A stretch of 64,000 bases of DNA from Eledone cirrhosa (GCA_964016885.1 OZ024743.1:372868001-372932000); one strand, 5' to 3'; counted from the first letter of the stretch, positions 13,386 to 25,914 are shown. A program made the numbers and translations. The notes: generated from the letters alone by a model not told the origin.

Positions 13386-16300
13386 GGTGGTGGTGGCAGT
13401 GGAGGGTTGTGGTTATTTTCTACTGTAGTGGGTGGTGGTGGTGGTGGTGGTGGTGGTGGTGGTGGTGGTGGTGGTGGCAGTGGAGGGTTGTGGTTATTTT
13501 CTACTGTAGTGGGTGGTGGTGGTGGTGGTGGTGGTGGTGGTGGTGGTGGCAGTGGAGGGTTGTGGTTATTTTCTACTGTAGTGGGTGGTGGTGGTGGTGG
13601 TGGTGGCAGTGTAGGGGTGTGGTTATTTTCTACTGTAGTGGGTGGTGGTGGTGGTGGTGGTGGCAGTGTAGGGGTGTGGTTATTTTCTACTGTAGTGGGT
13701 GGTGGTGGTGGTGGTGGTGGCAGTGTAGGGGTGTGGTTATTTTCTACTGTAGTGGGTGGTGGTGGTGGTGGTGGTGGCAGTGTAGGGGTGTGGTTATTTT
13801 CTACTGTAGTGGGTGGTGGTGGTGGTGGTGGCAGTGAAGGGGTGTGGTTATTTTCTACTGTAGTGGGTGGTGGTGGTGGTGGTGGTGGCAGTGGAGGGGT
13901 GTGGTTATTTTCTACTGTAGTGGGTGGTGGTGGTGGTGGTGGTGGTGGTGGTGGTGGTGGCAGTGGAGGGTTGTGGTTATTTTCTACTGTAGTGGGTGGT
14001 GGTGGTGGTGGTGGTGGTGGTGGTTGGTGGTGGTGGTGGTGGTGGCAGTGGAGGGTTGTGGTTATTTTCTACTGTAGTGGGTGGTGGTGGTGGTGGTGGT
14101 GGTGGTGGCAGTGGAGGGTTGTGGTTATTTTCTACTGTAGTGGGTGGTGGTGGTGGTGGTGGTGGTGGTGGTGGTGGTGGTGGTGGCAGTGGAGGGTTGT
14201 GGTTATTTTCTACTGTAGTGGGTGGTGGTGGTGGTGGTGGTGGTGGTGGTGGTGGTGGCAGTGGAGGGTTGTGGTTATTTTCTACTGTAGTGGGTGGTGG
14301 TGGTGGTGGTGGTGGTGGTGGCAGTGGAGGGTTGTGGTTATTTTCTACTGTAGTGGGTGGTGGTGGTGGTGGTGGTGGTGGTGGTGGTGGTGGTGGTGGC
14401 AGTGGAGGGTTGTGGTTATTTTCTACTGTAGTGGGTGGTGGTGGTGGTGGTGGTGGTGGTGGTGGTGGTGGCAGTGGAGGGTTGTGGTTATTTTCTACTG
14501 TAGTGGGTGGTGGTGGTGGTGGTGGTGGTGGTGGTGGTGGTGGTGGTGGCAGTGGAGGGTTGTGGTTATTTTCTACTGTAGTGGGTGGTGGTGGTGGTGG
14601 TGGTGGTGGTGGTGGTGGTGGTGGTGGTGGTGGTGGTGGTGGTGGTGGTGGCAGTGGAGGGTTGTGGTTATTTTCTACTGTAGTGGTGGTGGTGGTGGTG
14701 GTGGTGGTGGTGGTGGTGGTGGTGAGAGTGGAGGGTTGTGGTTATTTTCTACTGTAGTGGGTGGTGGTGGTGGTGGTGGTGGTGGTGGCAGTGGAGGGTT
14801 GTGGTTATTTTCTACTGTAGTGGGTGGTGGTGGTGGTGGTGGTGGTGGTGGTGGTGGTGAGAGTGGAGGGTTGTGGTTATTTTCTACTGTAGTGGGTGGT
14901 GGTGGTGGTGGTGGTGGTGGTGGTGGCAGTGGAGGGGTGTGGTTATTTTCTACTGTAGTAGGTGGTGGTGGTGGTGGTGGTGGTGGTGGTGGCAGTGGAG
15001 GGTTGTGGTTATTTTCTACTGTAGTGGGTGGTGGTGGTGGTGGTGGTGGTGGTGGTGGTGGCAGTGTAGGGTTGTGGTTATTTTCTACTGTAGTGGGTGG
15101 TGGTGGTGGTGGTGGCAGTGAAGGGGTGTGGTTATTTTCTACTGTAGTGGGTGGTGGTGGTGGTGGTGGTGGTGGTGGTGGTGGTGGTGGTGGTGGTGGT
15201 GGCAGTGAAGGGGTGTGGTTATTTTCTACTGTAGTGGGTGGTGGTGGTGGTGGTGGTGGTGGTGGTGGTGGTGGTGGTGGCAGTGAAGGGTTGTGGTTAT
15301 TTTCTACTGTAGTGGGTGGTGGTGGTGGTGGTGGTGGCAGTGTAGGGTTGTGGTTATTTTCTACTGTAGTGGGTGGTGGTGGTGGTGGTGGTGGTGGTGG
15401 TGGTGGCAGTGGAGGGTTGTGGTTATTTTCTACTGTAGTGGGTGGTGGTGGTGGTGGTGGTGGTGGTGGTGGTGGTGGTGGCAGTGGAGGGTTGTGGTTA
15501 TTTTCTACTGTAGTGGGTGGTGGTGGTGGTGGTGGTGGTGGCAGTGAAGGGGTGTGGTTATTTTCTACTGTAGTGGGTGGTGGTGGTGGTGGTGGTGGCA
15601 GTGTAGGGTTGTGGTTATTTTCTACTGTAGTGGGTGGTGGTGGTGGTGGTGGTGGTGGTGGAGGGGTGTGGTTATTTTCTACTGTAGTGGGTGGTGGTGG
15701 TGGTGGTGGTGGTGGTGGTGGTGGCAGTGGAGGGTTGTGGTTATTTTCTACTGTAGTGGGTGGTGGTGGTGGTGGTGGTGGTGGTGGTGGTGGCAGTGGA
15801 GGGGTGTTGTTATTTTCTACTGTAGTGGGTGGTGGTGGTGGTGGTGGTGGTGGTGGTGGTGGTGGTGGCAGTGGAGGGGTGTGGTTATTTTCTACTGTAG
15901 TGGGTGGTGGTGGTGGTGGTGGTGGCAGTGTAGGGTTGTGGTTATTTTCTACTGTAGTGGGTGGTGGTGGTGGTGGTGGTGGCAGTGGAGGGGTGTGGTT
16001 ATTTTCTACTGTAGTGGGTGGTGGTGGTGGTGGTGGTGGTGGTGGTGGTGGCAGTGGAGGGTTGTGGTTATTTTCTACTGTAGTGGGTGGTGGTGGTGGT
16101 GGTGGTGGTGGTGGTGGTGGTGGCAGTGAAGGGGTGTGGTTATTTTCTACTGTAGTGGGTGGTGGTGGTGGTGGTGGTGGCAGTGTAGGGTTGTGGTTAT
16201 TTTCTACTGTAGTGGGTGGTGGTGGTGGTGGTGGTGGCAGTGTAGGGTTGTGGTTATTTTCTACTGTAGTGGGTGGTGGTGGTGGTGGTGGTGGCAGTGG

Positions 16301-19300
16301 AGGGTTGTGGTTATTTTCTACTGTAGTGGGTGGTGGTGGTGGTGGTGGTGGTGGTGGTGGTGGTGGTGGTGGTGGCAGTGAAGGGGTGTGGTTATTTTCT
16401 ACTGTAGTGGGTGGTGGTGGTGGTGGTGGTGGCAGTGTAGGGTTGTGGTTATTTTCTACTGTAGTGGGTGGTGGTGGTGGTGGTGGTGGTGGCAGTGGAG
16501 GGGTGTGGTTATTTTCTACTGTAGTGGGTGGTGGTGGTGGTGGTGGTGGTGGTGGTGGTGGCAGTGGAGGGTTGTGGTTATTTTCTACTGTAGTGGGTGG
16601 TGGTGGTGGTGGTGGTGGTGGTGGTGGCAGTGGAGGGTTGTGGTTATTTTCTACTGTAGTGGGTGGTGGTGGTGGTGGTGGTGGTGGTGGTGGTGGCAGT
16701 GGAGGGTTGTGGTTATTTTCTACTGTAGTGGGTGGTGGTGGTGGTGGTGGTGGTGGCAGTGGAGGGTTGTGGTTATTTTCTACTGTAGTGGGTGGTGGTG
16801 GTGGTGGTGGTGGTGGCAGTGGAGGGTTGTGGTTATTTTCTACTGTAGTGGGTGGTGGTGGTGGTGGTGGTGGTGGCAGTGGAGGGGTGTGGTTATTTTC
16901 TACTGTAGTGGGTGGTGGTGGTGGTGGTGGTGGTGGTGGTGGTGGCAGTGGAGGGTTGTGGTTATTTTCTACTGTAGTGGGTGGTGGTGGTGGTGGTGGT
17001 GGTGGTGGCAGTGGAGGGTTGTGGTTATTTTCTACTGTAGTGGGTGGTGGTGGTGGTGGTGGTGGCAGTGGAGGGTTGTGGTTATTTTCTACTGTAGTGG
17101 GTGGTGGTGGTGGTGGTGGTGGTGGTGGTGGTGGTGGTGGCAGTGAAGGGGTGTGGTTATTTTCTACTGTAGTGGGTGGTGGTGGTGGTGGTGGTGGTGG
17201 TGGCAGTGAAGGGGTGTGGTTATTTTCTACTGTAGTGGGTGGTGGTGGTGGTGGTGGTGGCAGTGGAGGGTTGTGGTTATTTTCTACTGTAGTGGGTGGT
17301 GGTGGTGGTGGTGGTGGTGGTGGTGGTGGTGGTGGCAGTGAAGGGGTGTGGTTATTTTCTACTGTAGTGGGTGGTGGTGGTGGTGGTGGTGGTGGTGGCA
17401 GTGGAGGGTTGTGGTTATTTTCTACTGTAGTGGGTGGTGGTGGTGGTGGTGGTGGCAGTGGAGGGTTGTGGTTATTTTCTACTGTAGTGGGTGGTGGTGG
17501 TGGTGGTGGTGGCAGTGGAGGGTTGTGGTTATTTTCTACTGTAGTGGGGTGGTGGTGGTGGTGGTGGTGGCAGTGGAGGGTTGTGGTTATTTTCTACTGT
17601 AGTGGGTGGTGGTGGTGGTGGTGGTGGTGGTGGTGGTGGTGGTGGCAGTGAAGGGGTGTGGTTATTTTCTACTGTAGTGGGTGGTGGTGGTGGTGGTGGT
17701 GGCAGTGTAGGGTTGTGGTTATTTTCTACTGTAGTGGGTGGTGGTGGTGGTGGTGGTGGTGGTGGTGGTGGTGGCAGTGAAGGGGTGTGGTTATTTTCTA
17801 CTGTAGTGGGTGGTGGTGGTGGTGGTGGTGGCAGTGGAGGGGTGTGGTTATTTTCTACTGTAGTGGGTGGTGGTGGTGGTGGTGGTGGCAGTGTAGGGTT
17901 GTGGTTATTTTCTACTGTAGTTGGTGGTGGTGGTGGTGGTGGTGGTGGTGGTGGTGGCAGTGAAGGGGTGTGGTTATTTTCTACTGTAGTGGGTGGTGGT
18001 GGTGGTGGTGGTGGCAGTGGAGGGGTGTGGTTATTTTCTACTGTAGTGGGTGGTGGTGGTGGTGGTGGTGGCAGTGGAGGGGTGTGGTTATTTTCTACTG
18101 TAGTGGGTGGTGGTGGTGGTGGTGGTGGTGGTGGTGGTGGCAGTGGAGGGTTGTGGTTATTTTCTACTGTAGTGGGTGGTGGTGGTGGTGGTGGTGGTGG
18201 CAGTGGAGGGTTGTGGTTATTTTCTACTGTAGTGGGTGGTGGTGGTGGTGGTGGTGGTGGCAGTGGAGGGTTGTGGTTATTTTCTACTGTAGTGGGTGGT
18301 GGTGGTGGTGGTGGTGGTGGTGGTGGTGGCAGTGGAGGGTTGTGGTTATTTTCTACTGTAGTGGGTGGTGGTGGTGGTGGTGGTGGTGGTGGCAGTGGAG
18401 GGTTGTGGTTATTTTCTACTGTAGTGGGTGGTGGTGGTGGTGGTGGTGGTGGTGGCAGTGGAGGGTTGTGGTTATTTTCTACTGTAGTGGGTGGTGGTGG
18501 TGGTGGTGGTGGTGGTGGTGGTGGTGGTGGCAGTGGAGGGTTGTGGTTATTTTCTACTGTAGTGGGTGGTGGTGGTGGTGGTGGTGGTGGTGGCAGTGGA
18601 GGGTTGTGGTTATTTTCTACTGTAGTGGGTGGTGGTGGTGGTGGTGGTGGTGGTGGTGGTGGTGGTGGTGGCAGTGGAGGGTTGTGGTTATTTTCTACTG
18701 TAGTGGGTGGTGGTGGTGGTGGTGGTGGTGGTGGTGGTGGTGGTGGTGGCAGTGGAGGGTTGTGGTTATTTTCTACTGTAGTGGGTGGTGGTGGTGGTGG
18801 TGGTGGTGGTGGTGGTGGCAGTGGAGGGGTGTGGTTATTTTCTACTGTAGTGGGTGGTGGTGGTGGTGGTGGTGGTGGTGGTGGTGGTGGTGGCAGTGGA
18901 GGGGTGTGGTTATTTTCTACTGTAGTGGGTGGTGGTGGTGGTGGTGGTGGTGGCAGTGGAGGGTTGTGGTTATTTTCTACTGTAGTGGGTGGTGGTGGTG
19001 GTGGTGGTGGTGGCAGTGGAGGGGTGTGGTTATTTTCTACTGTAGTGGGTGGTGGTGGTGGTGGTGGTGGTGGCAGTGAAGGGGTGTGGTTATTTTCTAC
19101 TGTAGTGGGTGGTGGTGGTGGTGGTGGTGGTGGCAGTGAAGGGGTGTGGTTATTTTCTACTGTAGTGGGTGGTGGTGGTGGTGGTGGTGGTGGCAGTGAA
19201 GGGGTGTGGTTATTTTCTACTGTAGTGGGTGGTGGTGGTGGTGGTGGTGGTGGTGGCAGTGAAGGGTTGTGGTTATTTTCTACTGTAGTGGGTGGTGGTG

Positions 19301-22272
19301 GTGGTGGTGGTGGTGGCAGTGAAGGGGTGTGGTTATTTTCTACTGTAGTGGGTGGTGGTGGTGGTGGTGGTGGTGGTGGCAGTGAAGGGTTGTGGTTATT
19401 TTCTACTGTAGTGGGTGGTGGTGGTGGTGGTGGTGGTGGTGGTGGCAGTGAAGGGGTGTGGTTATTTTCTACTGTAGTGGGTGGTGGTGGTGGTGGTGGT
19501 GGTGGCAGTGAAGGGTTGTGGTTATTTTCTACTGTAGTGGGTGGTGGTGGTGGTGGTGGTGGTGGCAGTGAAGGGGTGTGGTTATTTTCTACTGTAGTGG
19601 GTGGTGGTGGTGGTGGTGGTGGTGGCAGTGGAGGGTTGTGGTTATTTTCTACTGTAGTGGGTGGTGGTGGTGGTGGTGGTGGTGGCAGTGAAGGGGTGTG
19701 GTTATTTTCTACTGTAGTGGGTGGTGGTGGTGGTGGTGGTGGTGGTGGTGGCAGTGGAGGGTTGTGGTTATTTTCTACTGTAGTGGGTGGTGGTGGTGGT
19801 GGTGGTGGTGGCAGTGAAGGGTTGTGGTTATTTTCTACTGTAGTGGGTGGTGGTGGTGGTGGTGGTGGTGGCAGTGAAGGGGTGTGGTTATTTTCTACTG
19901 TAGTGGGTGGTGGTGGTGGTGGTGGTGGTGGTGGTGGCAGTGGAGGGTTGTGGTTATTTTCTACTGTAGTGGGTGGTGGTGGTGGTGGTGGTGGTGGCAG
20001 TGAAGGGGTGTGGTTATTTTCTACTGTAGTGGGTGGTGGTGGTGGTGGTGGTGGTGGCAGTGAAGGGTTGTGGTTATTTTCTACTGTAGTGGGTGGTGGT
20101 GGTGGTGGTGGTGGTGGTGGTGGTGGCAGTGAAGGGGTGTGGTTATTTTCTACTGTAGTGGGTGGTGGTGGTGGTGGTGGTGGTGGCAGTGAAGGGTTGT
20201 GGTTATTTTCTACTGTAGTGGGTGGTGGTGGTGGTGGTGGTGGTGGCAGTGAAGGGGTGTGGTTATTTTCTACTGTAGTGGGTGGTGGTGGTGGTGGTGG
20301 TGGTGGCAGTGAAGGGTTGTGGTTATTTTCTACTGTAGTGGGTGGTGGTGGTGGTGGTGGTGGTGGTGGTGGCAGTGAAGGGTTGTGGTTATTTTCTACT
20401 GTAGTGGGTGGTGGTGGTGGTGGTGGTGGTGGCAGTGAAGGGTTGTGGTTATTTTCTACTGTAGTGGGTGGTGGTGGTGGTGGTGGTGGTGGCAGTGAAG
20501 GGTTGTGGTTATTTTCTACTGTAGTGGGTGGTGGTGGTGGTGGTGGTGGTGGCAGTGAAGGGTTGTGGTTATTTTCTACTGTAGTGGGTGGTGGTGGTGG
20601 TGGTGGTGGTGGCAGTGAAGGGGTGTGGTTATTTTCTACTGTAGTGGGTGGTGGTGGTGGTGGTGGTGGTGGCAGTGAAGGGTTGTGGTTATTTTCTACT
20701 GTAGTGGGTGGTGGTGGTGGTGGTGGTGGTGGCAGTGAAGGGGTGTGGTTATTTTCTACTGTAGTGGGTGGTGGTGGTGGTGGTGGTGGTGGCAGTGAAG
20801 GGTTGTGGTTATTTTCTACTGTAGTGGGTGGTGGTGGTGGTGGTGGTGGTGGCAGTGAAGGGTTGTGGTTATTTTCTACTGTAGTGGGTGGTGGTGGTGG
20901 TGGTGGTGGTGGCAGTGGAGGGTTGTGGTTATTTTCTACTGTAGTGGGTGGTGGTGGTGGTGGTGGTGGTGGCAGTGAAGGGTTGTGGTTATTTTCTACT
21001 GTAGTGGGTGGTGGTGGTGGTGGTGGTGGTGGCAGTGAAGGGGTGTGGTTATTTTCTACTGTAGTGGGTGGTGGTGGTGGTGGTGGTGGTGGCAGTGAAG
21101 GGGTGTGGTTATTTTCTACTGTAGTGGGTGGTGGTGGTGGTGGTGGTGGTGGCAGTGAAGGGTTGTGGTTATTTTCTACTGTAGTGGGTGGTGGTGGTGG
21201 TGGTGGTGGTGGCAGTGAAGGGTTGTGGTTATTTTCTACTGTAGTGGGTGGTGGTGGTGGTGGTGGTGGTGGCAGTGAAGGGTTGTGGTTATTTTCTACT
21301 GTAGTGGGTGGTGGTGGTGGTGGTGGTGGTGGCAGTGAAGGGTTGTGGTTATTTTCTACTGTAGTGGGTGGTGGTGGTGGTGGTGGTGGTGGCAGTGAAG
21401 GGTTGTGGTTATTTTCTACTGTAGTGGGTGGTGGTGGTGGTGGTGGTGGTGGCAGTGAAGGGGTGTGGTTATTTTCTACTGTAGTGGGTGGTGGTGGTGG
21501 TGGTGGTGGTGGCAGTGAAGGGGTGTGGTTATTTTCTACTGTAGTGGGTGGTGGTGGTGGTGGTGGTGGTGGTGGCAGTGGAGGGTTGTGGTTATTTTCT
21601 ACTGTAGTGGGTGGTGGTGGTGGTGGTGGTGGTGGCAGTGAAGGGTTGTGGTTATTTTCTACTGTAGTGGGTGGTGGTGGTGGTGGTGGTGGTGGCAGTG
21701 TAGGGGTGTGGTTATTTTCTACTGTAGTGGGTGGTGGTGGTGGTGGTGGTGGTGGCAGTGAAGGGGTGTGGTTATTTTCTACTGTAGTGGGTGGTGGTGG
21801 TGGTGGCGGTGGTGGCAGTGAAGGGGTGTGGTTATTTTCTACTGTAGTGGGTGGTGGTGGTGGTGGTGGTGGTGGCAGTGGAGGGTTGTGGTTATTTTCT
21901 ACTGTAGTGGGTGGTGGTGGTGGTGGTGGTGGTGGCAGTGAAGGGTTGTGGTTATTTTCTACTGTAGTGGGTGGTGGTGGTGGTGGTGGTGGTGGCAGTG
22001 AAGGGGTGTGGTTATTTTCTACTGTAGTGGGTGGTGGTGGTGGTGGTGGTGGTGGCAGTGTAGGGGTGTGGTTATTTTCTACTGTAGTGGGTGGTGGTGG
22101 TGGTGGTGGTGGTGGTGGTGGTGGTGGCGGCGGCAATGTAGGGGTGTGGCTATTTTCTTCTTTAGTGGGTGGTGGTGGTGGTGGTGGTGTCAGTGTAGGG
22201 GTGTGGTTATTTTCTACTGTAGTAGGTGGTGCTGGTGGAGGAGGAGTGTTGTGGCTATTTTCTACTGTAGTC
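1..22272 (+). repeat. Compound G-rich minisatellite: core GGCAGTGGAGGGTTGTGGTTATTTTCTACTGTAGTG + (GGT)n of variable length, several hundred units, runs off the left edge of the window
   Basis: Directly visible. Exact 60-bp periodicity at about 20370-21540; units degenerate at 22130-22272. Confidence 0.98.
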
Positions 22273-22684
22273 AAACGATGATGATGATGATGACATCAAT
22301 ACAATGCTAATCATTCAGCCATGAGATCATAACTGATTACAAAAGCTTCAATGTTGTGGAGGTAAATTGTGGCCATCTGTTACTGAGCTTGAATAGCACA
22401 GGTGACTGATTCAAATGAAACAGCATTGCTGCTACTGTTGATGATGATATAGGAATAAAACCATGTAAGGTGTGTGAAGTTGGAACATGCCAATCTATTT
22501 TTAGTTGATTAACCTCCTAGTCAATATCTACTGTTTCACAGTTGAATACACAAAACAAGAAATGATAAAAATGGTTTAACACTTGATGATAATGATGATG
22601 ATGTGTTGGTGCCTGTCTTTACTCCTGGGCCCCATGAAAGTGAAGTGTTTTTCAGGTAAAAAAAGTGAAAATATAATTATTGAT

Positions 22685-22895
22685 TTCTAACATAGATACA
22701 AGACCAGCAAATTTTGGTGGAAGGAAAAAGTGTATTATATCAACTCCCAATATTTGACTGGTACTTTATTTTATTGACCCCTCCCCTCCCTCCCTCAGAA
22801 AGGTGAAAAGTAAAGTTGACTTTGGTGGGATTTGAACTCAGCATGTGAAGAGTCAAAACAAATACCATAGTGGTATTATATCTGATGCTCTACTA
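22685..22895 (-). mobile_element. Degraded tRNA-derived SINE (family 2)
   Basis: Reverse complement has B-box GAGTTCAAATCC and the body motif ATAAAATAAAGTACCAGT shared with copies at 23540, 32055 and 53085. Confidence 0.7.
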
Positions 22896-22929
22896 ATCAT
22901 GCCAATCTCCCAATCTCAACCCTGTAATA

Positions 22930-23385
22930 ATATCTTCTTATTCCTGGGAGGGTCATGGGAGCAGAGTCCTCAAGCACACCTCTAGCAGATCCTATCAAAA
23001 GCAACCGTCTCCAACTGGTCCAACTGAATCCCCAAGCAAGACCAGCCAAGCTCATGGATGTTATCCAACCATCTTGCTCGATATCTACCCTTGGGTCTCC
23101 TGCCAGGTGATTTTGCCCATAAAACCTGCCCAGTGATTCTTGCCTGAGACATTCTAACCACATATCTGTAAGATCGAAGCTGTGATCTCTCAATTTGGAG
23201 AAGTAGCAACTCTCTGATCTCTGAACTATGCACTCTGTTGAGTAGTGTTACTCCTAAGACGCTTTGGAGGAACCCCATTTCAGCCTCTTGTATTCACGAT
23301 CGTATTCTTTTAGTCATTACCAAAGATTCATGACCAGGTAAGGGGTGGCATGAATACCAAATTGAAGATAATGAGTTTGACTATT
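22930..23385 (-). mobile_element. Degraded 3' fragment of an RTE-clade LINE (Expander/Rex3-like C-terminus)
   Basis: Minus-strand peptides HESLVMT..IQEAEMGFL..LLLQIERSQLR..VVRM..PGRRPKGRYRARWLDNI resemble the RTE C-terminal region; contains stops and frameshifts. Confidence 0.7.
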
Positions 23386-23539
23386 ACACCTACCTCTGAT
23401 TACTGAATGTTGAAGCTGGTGCATTACTGTGTTTATTTATCTCAAAACCTTACAACATAATTTTGTGCAAGAAGCTTTGTTAAGGTATTTTTCAAACATC
23501 AGTTTATTAATGTTTCAAACACTAGCTTAATAATTGTTT

Positions 23540-23715
23540 CAAATTCAGTCACAAGACCAATAGTTTTATGGGCAGAAATCGATTGTATCGATGACCCCAG
23601 TACTTAACTGGTACTATATTTTATTGATCCTGGAATTATGAAAGGCAAAGTTGACCTGAGCAGGATTTGAACTCAGAATGTAAAGAGCAGTAAAGAGCCA
23701 CTGCTCTACACCAGC
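23540..23715 (-). mobile_element. Degraded tRNA-derived SINE (family 2)
   Basis: GGATTTGAACTCAG (B box, reverse complement), AAAGGCAAAGTTGACC and CTGGTACT motifs shared with the other copies. Confidence 0.7.
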
Positions 23716-24206
23716 TTAAAAACAAGAAAGTTAGTTACATCACTAAATCTCTCCAGTTTTTTTTTTTTATTGTTTTCAAAATTATTTGAAATATGATAAT
23801 GAAAGAATGAAAGGCTTAATTAATTCAGCTTTTGGATAGGTAAAAATAAAATAAGAATAGAAAAGAAGTGTTCAGGAATAAGATAAATGGCCTTCAGTAT
23901 CACAGCTGAACAACCATTAATATATTGTGACATGGTGGCATTGTGGCACACGAGGAAGACATCTGTCAACAACGTGAAGGTAAATATCAAGACTTTTATG
24001 AAGTAACATGAATTCTTTCTAATAAATTATGTAAGGACATGGACAGACACATTAGAGGTTCACAGATAAGTTGGGTAACAGGTGGAAAATAAAAAGTACC
24101 TTCTTTTTTAACCAGCTTATATTTCAACCTTTTGTTTGGATTTGAAAATAAACTAAGCAGGAGAATATATTTGTGTGTATATATATGTGTGTGTACGTCT
24201 ATCATG

Positions 24207-24385
24207 TTTAATATAGAAATGGCTTCTATAGGACTAGAACTGTTTCATTCAAGAGAAATTATCAAGAAAGCCGACTGTCCTAGTTCTTTAGAAGCCATTT
24301 CTATATTAAATATCATGTTTAGACTCTACTAATGTATTGAGTACCTTAGTAATTGTGGTTACTCCTAACTGAACCCAAAATACAC
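24207..24385. mobile_element. Fold-back element, family H1 (probable PLE pseudo-LTR remnant)
   Basis: Inverted arms TTTAATATAGAAATGGCTTCTA / TAGAAGCCATTTCTATATTAAA; homologous to 30462-30685 and 31772-31843; flanked by TA/TG repeats. Confidence 0.6.
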
Positions 24386-24439
24386 ACATATATATAAATC
24401 TGGAATAGAATATGAAAGGGACCTTTCCATTAAATAGAA

Positions 24440-25495
24440 GTTCAAGAAAGCTCTACATAATGTTTATGTTGAGAGAGATAAGGAGTTAGATAAATATGAC
24501 ATAGAGGACAATTGGAAGTTCCTACTACAGGTCACTGACAAGGCTTGGAGCTGGAGCAGAGCACCAGCCACTCTGAGGGTAACTTGGTGGTGGAATGGCA
24601 GCATGGATAGAGTCATTAATGCTAAGAGGCAGGCATGGAAAGTCTGAAAAAAATGGGTGCAGCAAAGATCAGTATAGGATAGCTAAAAAAGAAGCTAGAG
24701 CACAAGTATACATAGCATGAAAAGAAACTGAAAGCAGAAAGTTTGTTTTGAAACAGCAAGTGAGTTTGAAATTAGAAATAGAAGCTTTCACTGTATTTTT
24801 TTACTAAAGAAATTTTAGCCTGATAGTGGGGTTTAGAACCCTCTAAGAAATGGAAAAAGATGAGTATTGACATGTATGTCAATACTCATCTTTTTCCATT
24901 TCTTAGTAAAAAAAATACAGCGAAAGCTTCTATTTCTAATTTGAAAGCAGTAAGTTTTCCAATGTTCTGTAATATGAAGATCAGAAATGTGAGGTGTTCT
25001 GCACCACAGAGCAATGTGTTAATGTGAATCAGGATGTGATTGGGGAAAATTGTGTTCAAAATGCCAATGGTACACTTAGTGTGACTGCTCAAAAGAATGT
25101 GGAGAATGAGAAGTATGAGTAACTACCTCCAGTTGACCCAGCAGAGAGACAAGAAGATATGCAAAGGCTGGAGAGAAATGAAGCAAGTATGCTTCGATGA
25201 TTTTGCAGTTTTATTGTGCTTGAATACCAAAACATGAATAAATTGAGAGAAAAACTGGGTATTAAAAAAAGGGGTATTAGATGTAGTGCGCAAGAGAGAA
25301 GACTACACTGATATGATCTTGTGAGGCATGTGGATGATGATTGCTGGATGAAGAAGTGTCAGGAAATCCCAGTGGAAGGAAGGCCTGAGCAGAGGTGGTG
25401 AAAGCTGATCTCAAAATGCTGAAGCTCACAGAGGAGATGACAAAAGAATGTGATGAGTGAAGGTATGTTGTGCTGAAAAAGATCAGACCAAACCC
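24440..25495 (+). pseudogene. Highly decayed RTE LINE remnant (EN-RT linker and C-terminal pieces)
   Basis: Encodes RVTWWWN, KRQAWK and LERNEASMLR-like motifs matching the RTE ORFs elsewhere in the window; large internal deletion. Confidence 0.75.
24769..24942. repeat. Nested palindromic (fold-back) insertion in the decayed RTE
   Basis: Near-perfect inner palindrome at 24843-24906 plus outer arms TAGAAATAGAAGCTTTC / GAAAGCTTCTATTTCTA. Confidence 0.75.
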
Positions 25496-25670
25496 ATATA
25501 TATATATATAAATGTACCATACGTGTTTATCTCTTCTCCTCCATTTATTGTTATGACTTACATTTTTTACACGATATCTTACTTTCTTCTTTCTTTTTTT
25601 CTTTGTTTCACTCATGTTTCACGAGCTCTAAGAGACACCAGGGTATTTCTCCAATGTCTTTTTGGGTAGC

Positions 25671-25886
25671 TTAACCCTTTAGCATTTAAACCAGCTGTAT
25701 CCGGCCAGAATTCTCTCACCTGTTTCTGTTCAAACCAGCCACTCATACCAACTTTAATGTATTGTTCTCAAAATAAATAATATCAAGATCTCATAGATTC
25801 AATATTTTGTGAGATAATTATGTAAGATAAAGCCTTTACCATGAACATACAATAGTAAATATAGAGTAATGAAAATGCTAAAGGTT
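25671..25886. mobile_element. piggyBac-type MITE (copy 1)
   Basis: Begins TTAA|CCCTTTAGCATT and ends AATGCTAAAGG; internal sequence matches the copy at 52969-53393. Confidence 0.7.
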
Positions 25887-25914
25887 GTCCAAAGGACAAC
25901 CTTTGGCCTCTGTC

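Noticed and set aside
1044-19079. Poly-Trp ORFs (QWRVVVIFYCSGWWWW)
   Set aside because: Implausible composition, and the common AGTGAA variant puts TGA stops in this frame.
1-22272. CRISPR-like layout (36-nt repeat with weak hairpin potential plus variable spacers)
   Set aside because: Spacers are just (GGT)n rather than unique sequences, there are no cas genes, the context is eukaryotic, and common variants break the G-U-rich stem.
1-22272. Telomeric array
   Set aside because: No TTAGGG-type units, and the G-rich strand runs 5'->3' toward the internal sequence rather than toward the open end.
22300-22665. Host exon next to the array ending at CAG|GTAAAA
   Set aside because: All plus-strand frames I read contain stops and give no recognisable peptide; a lone donor-like motif is insufficient.
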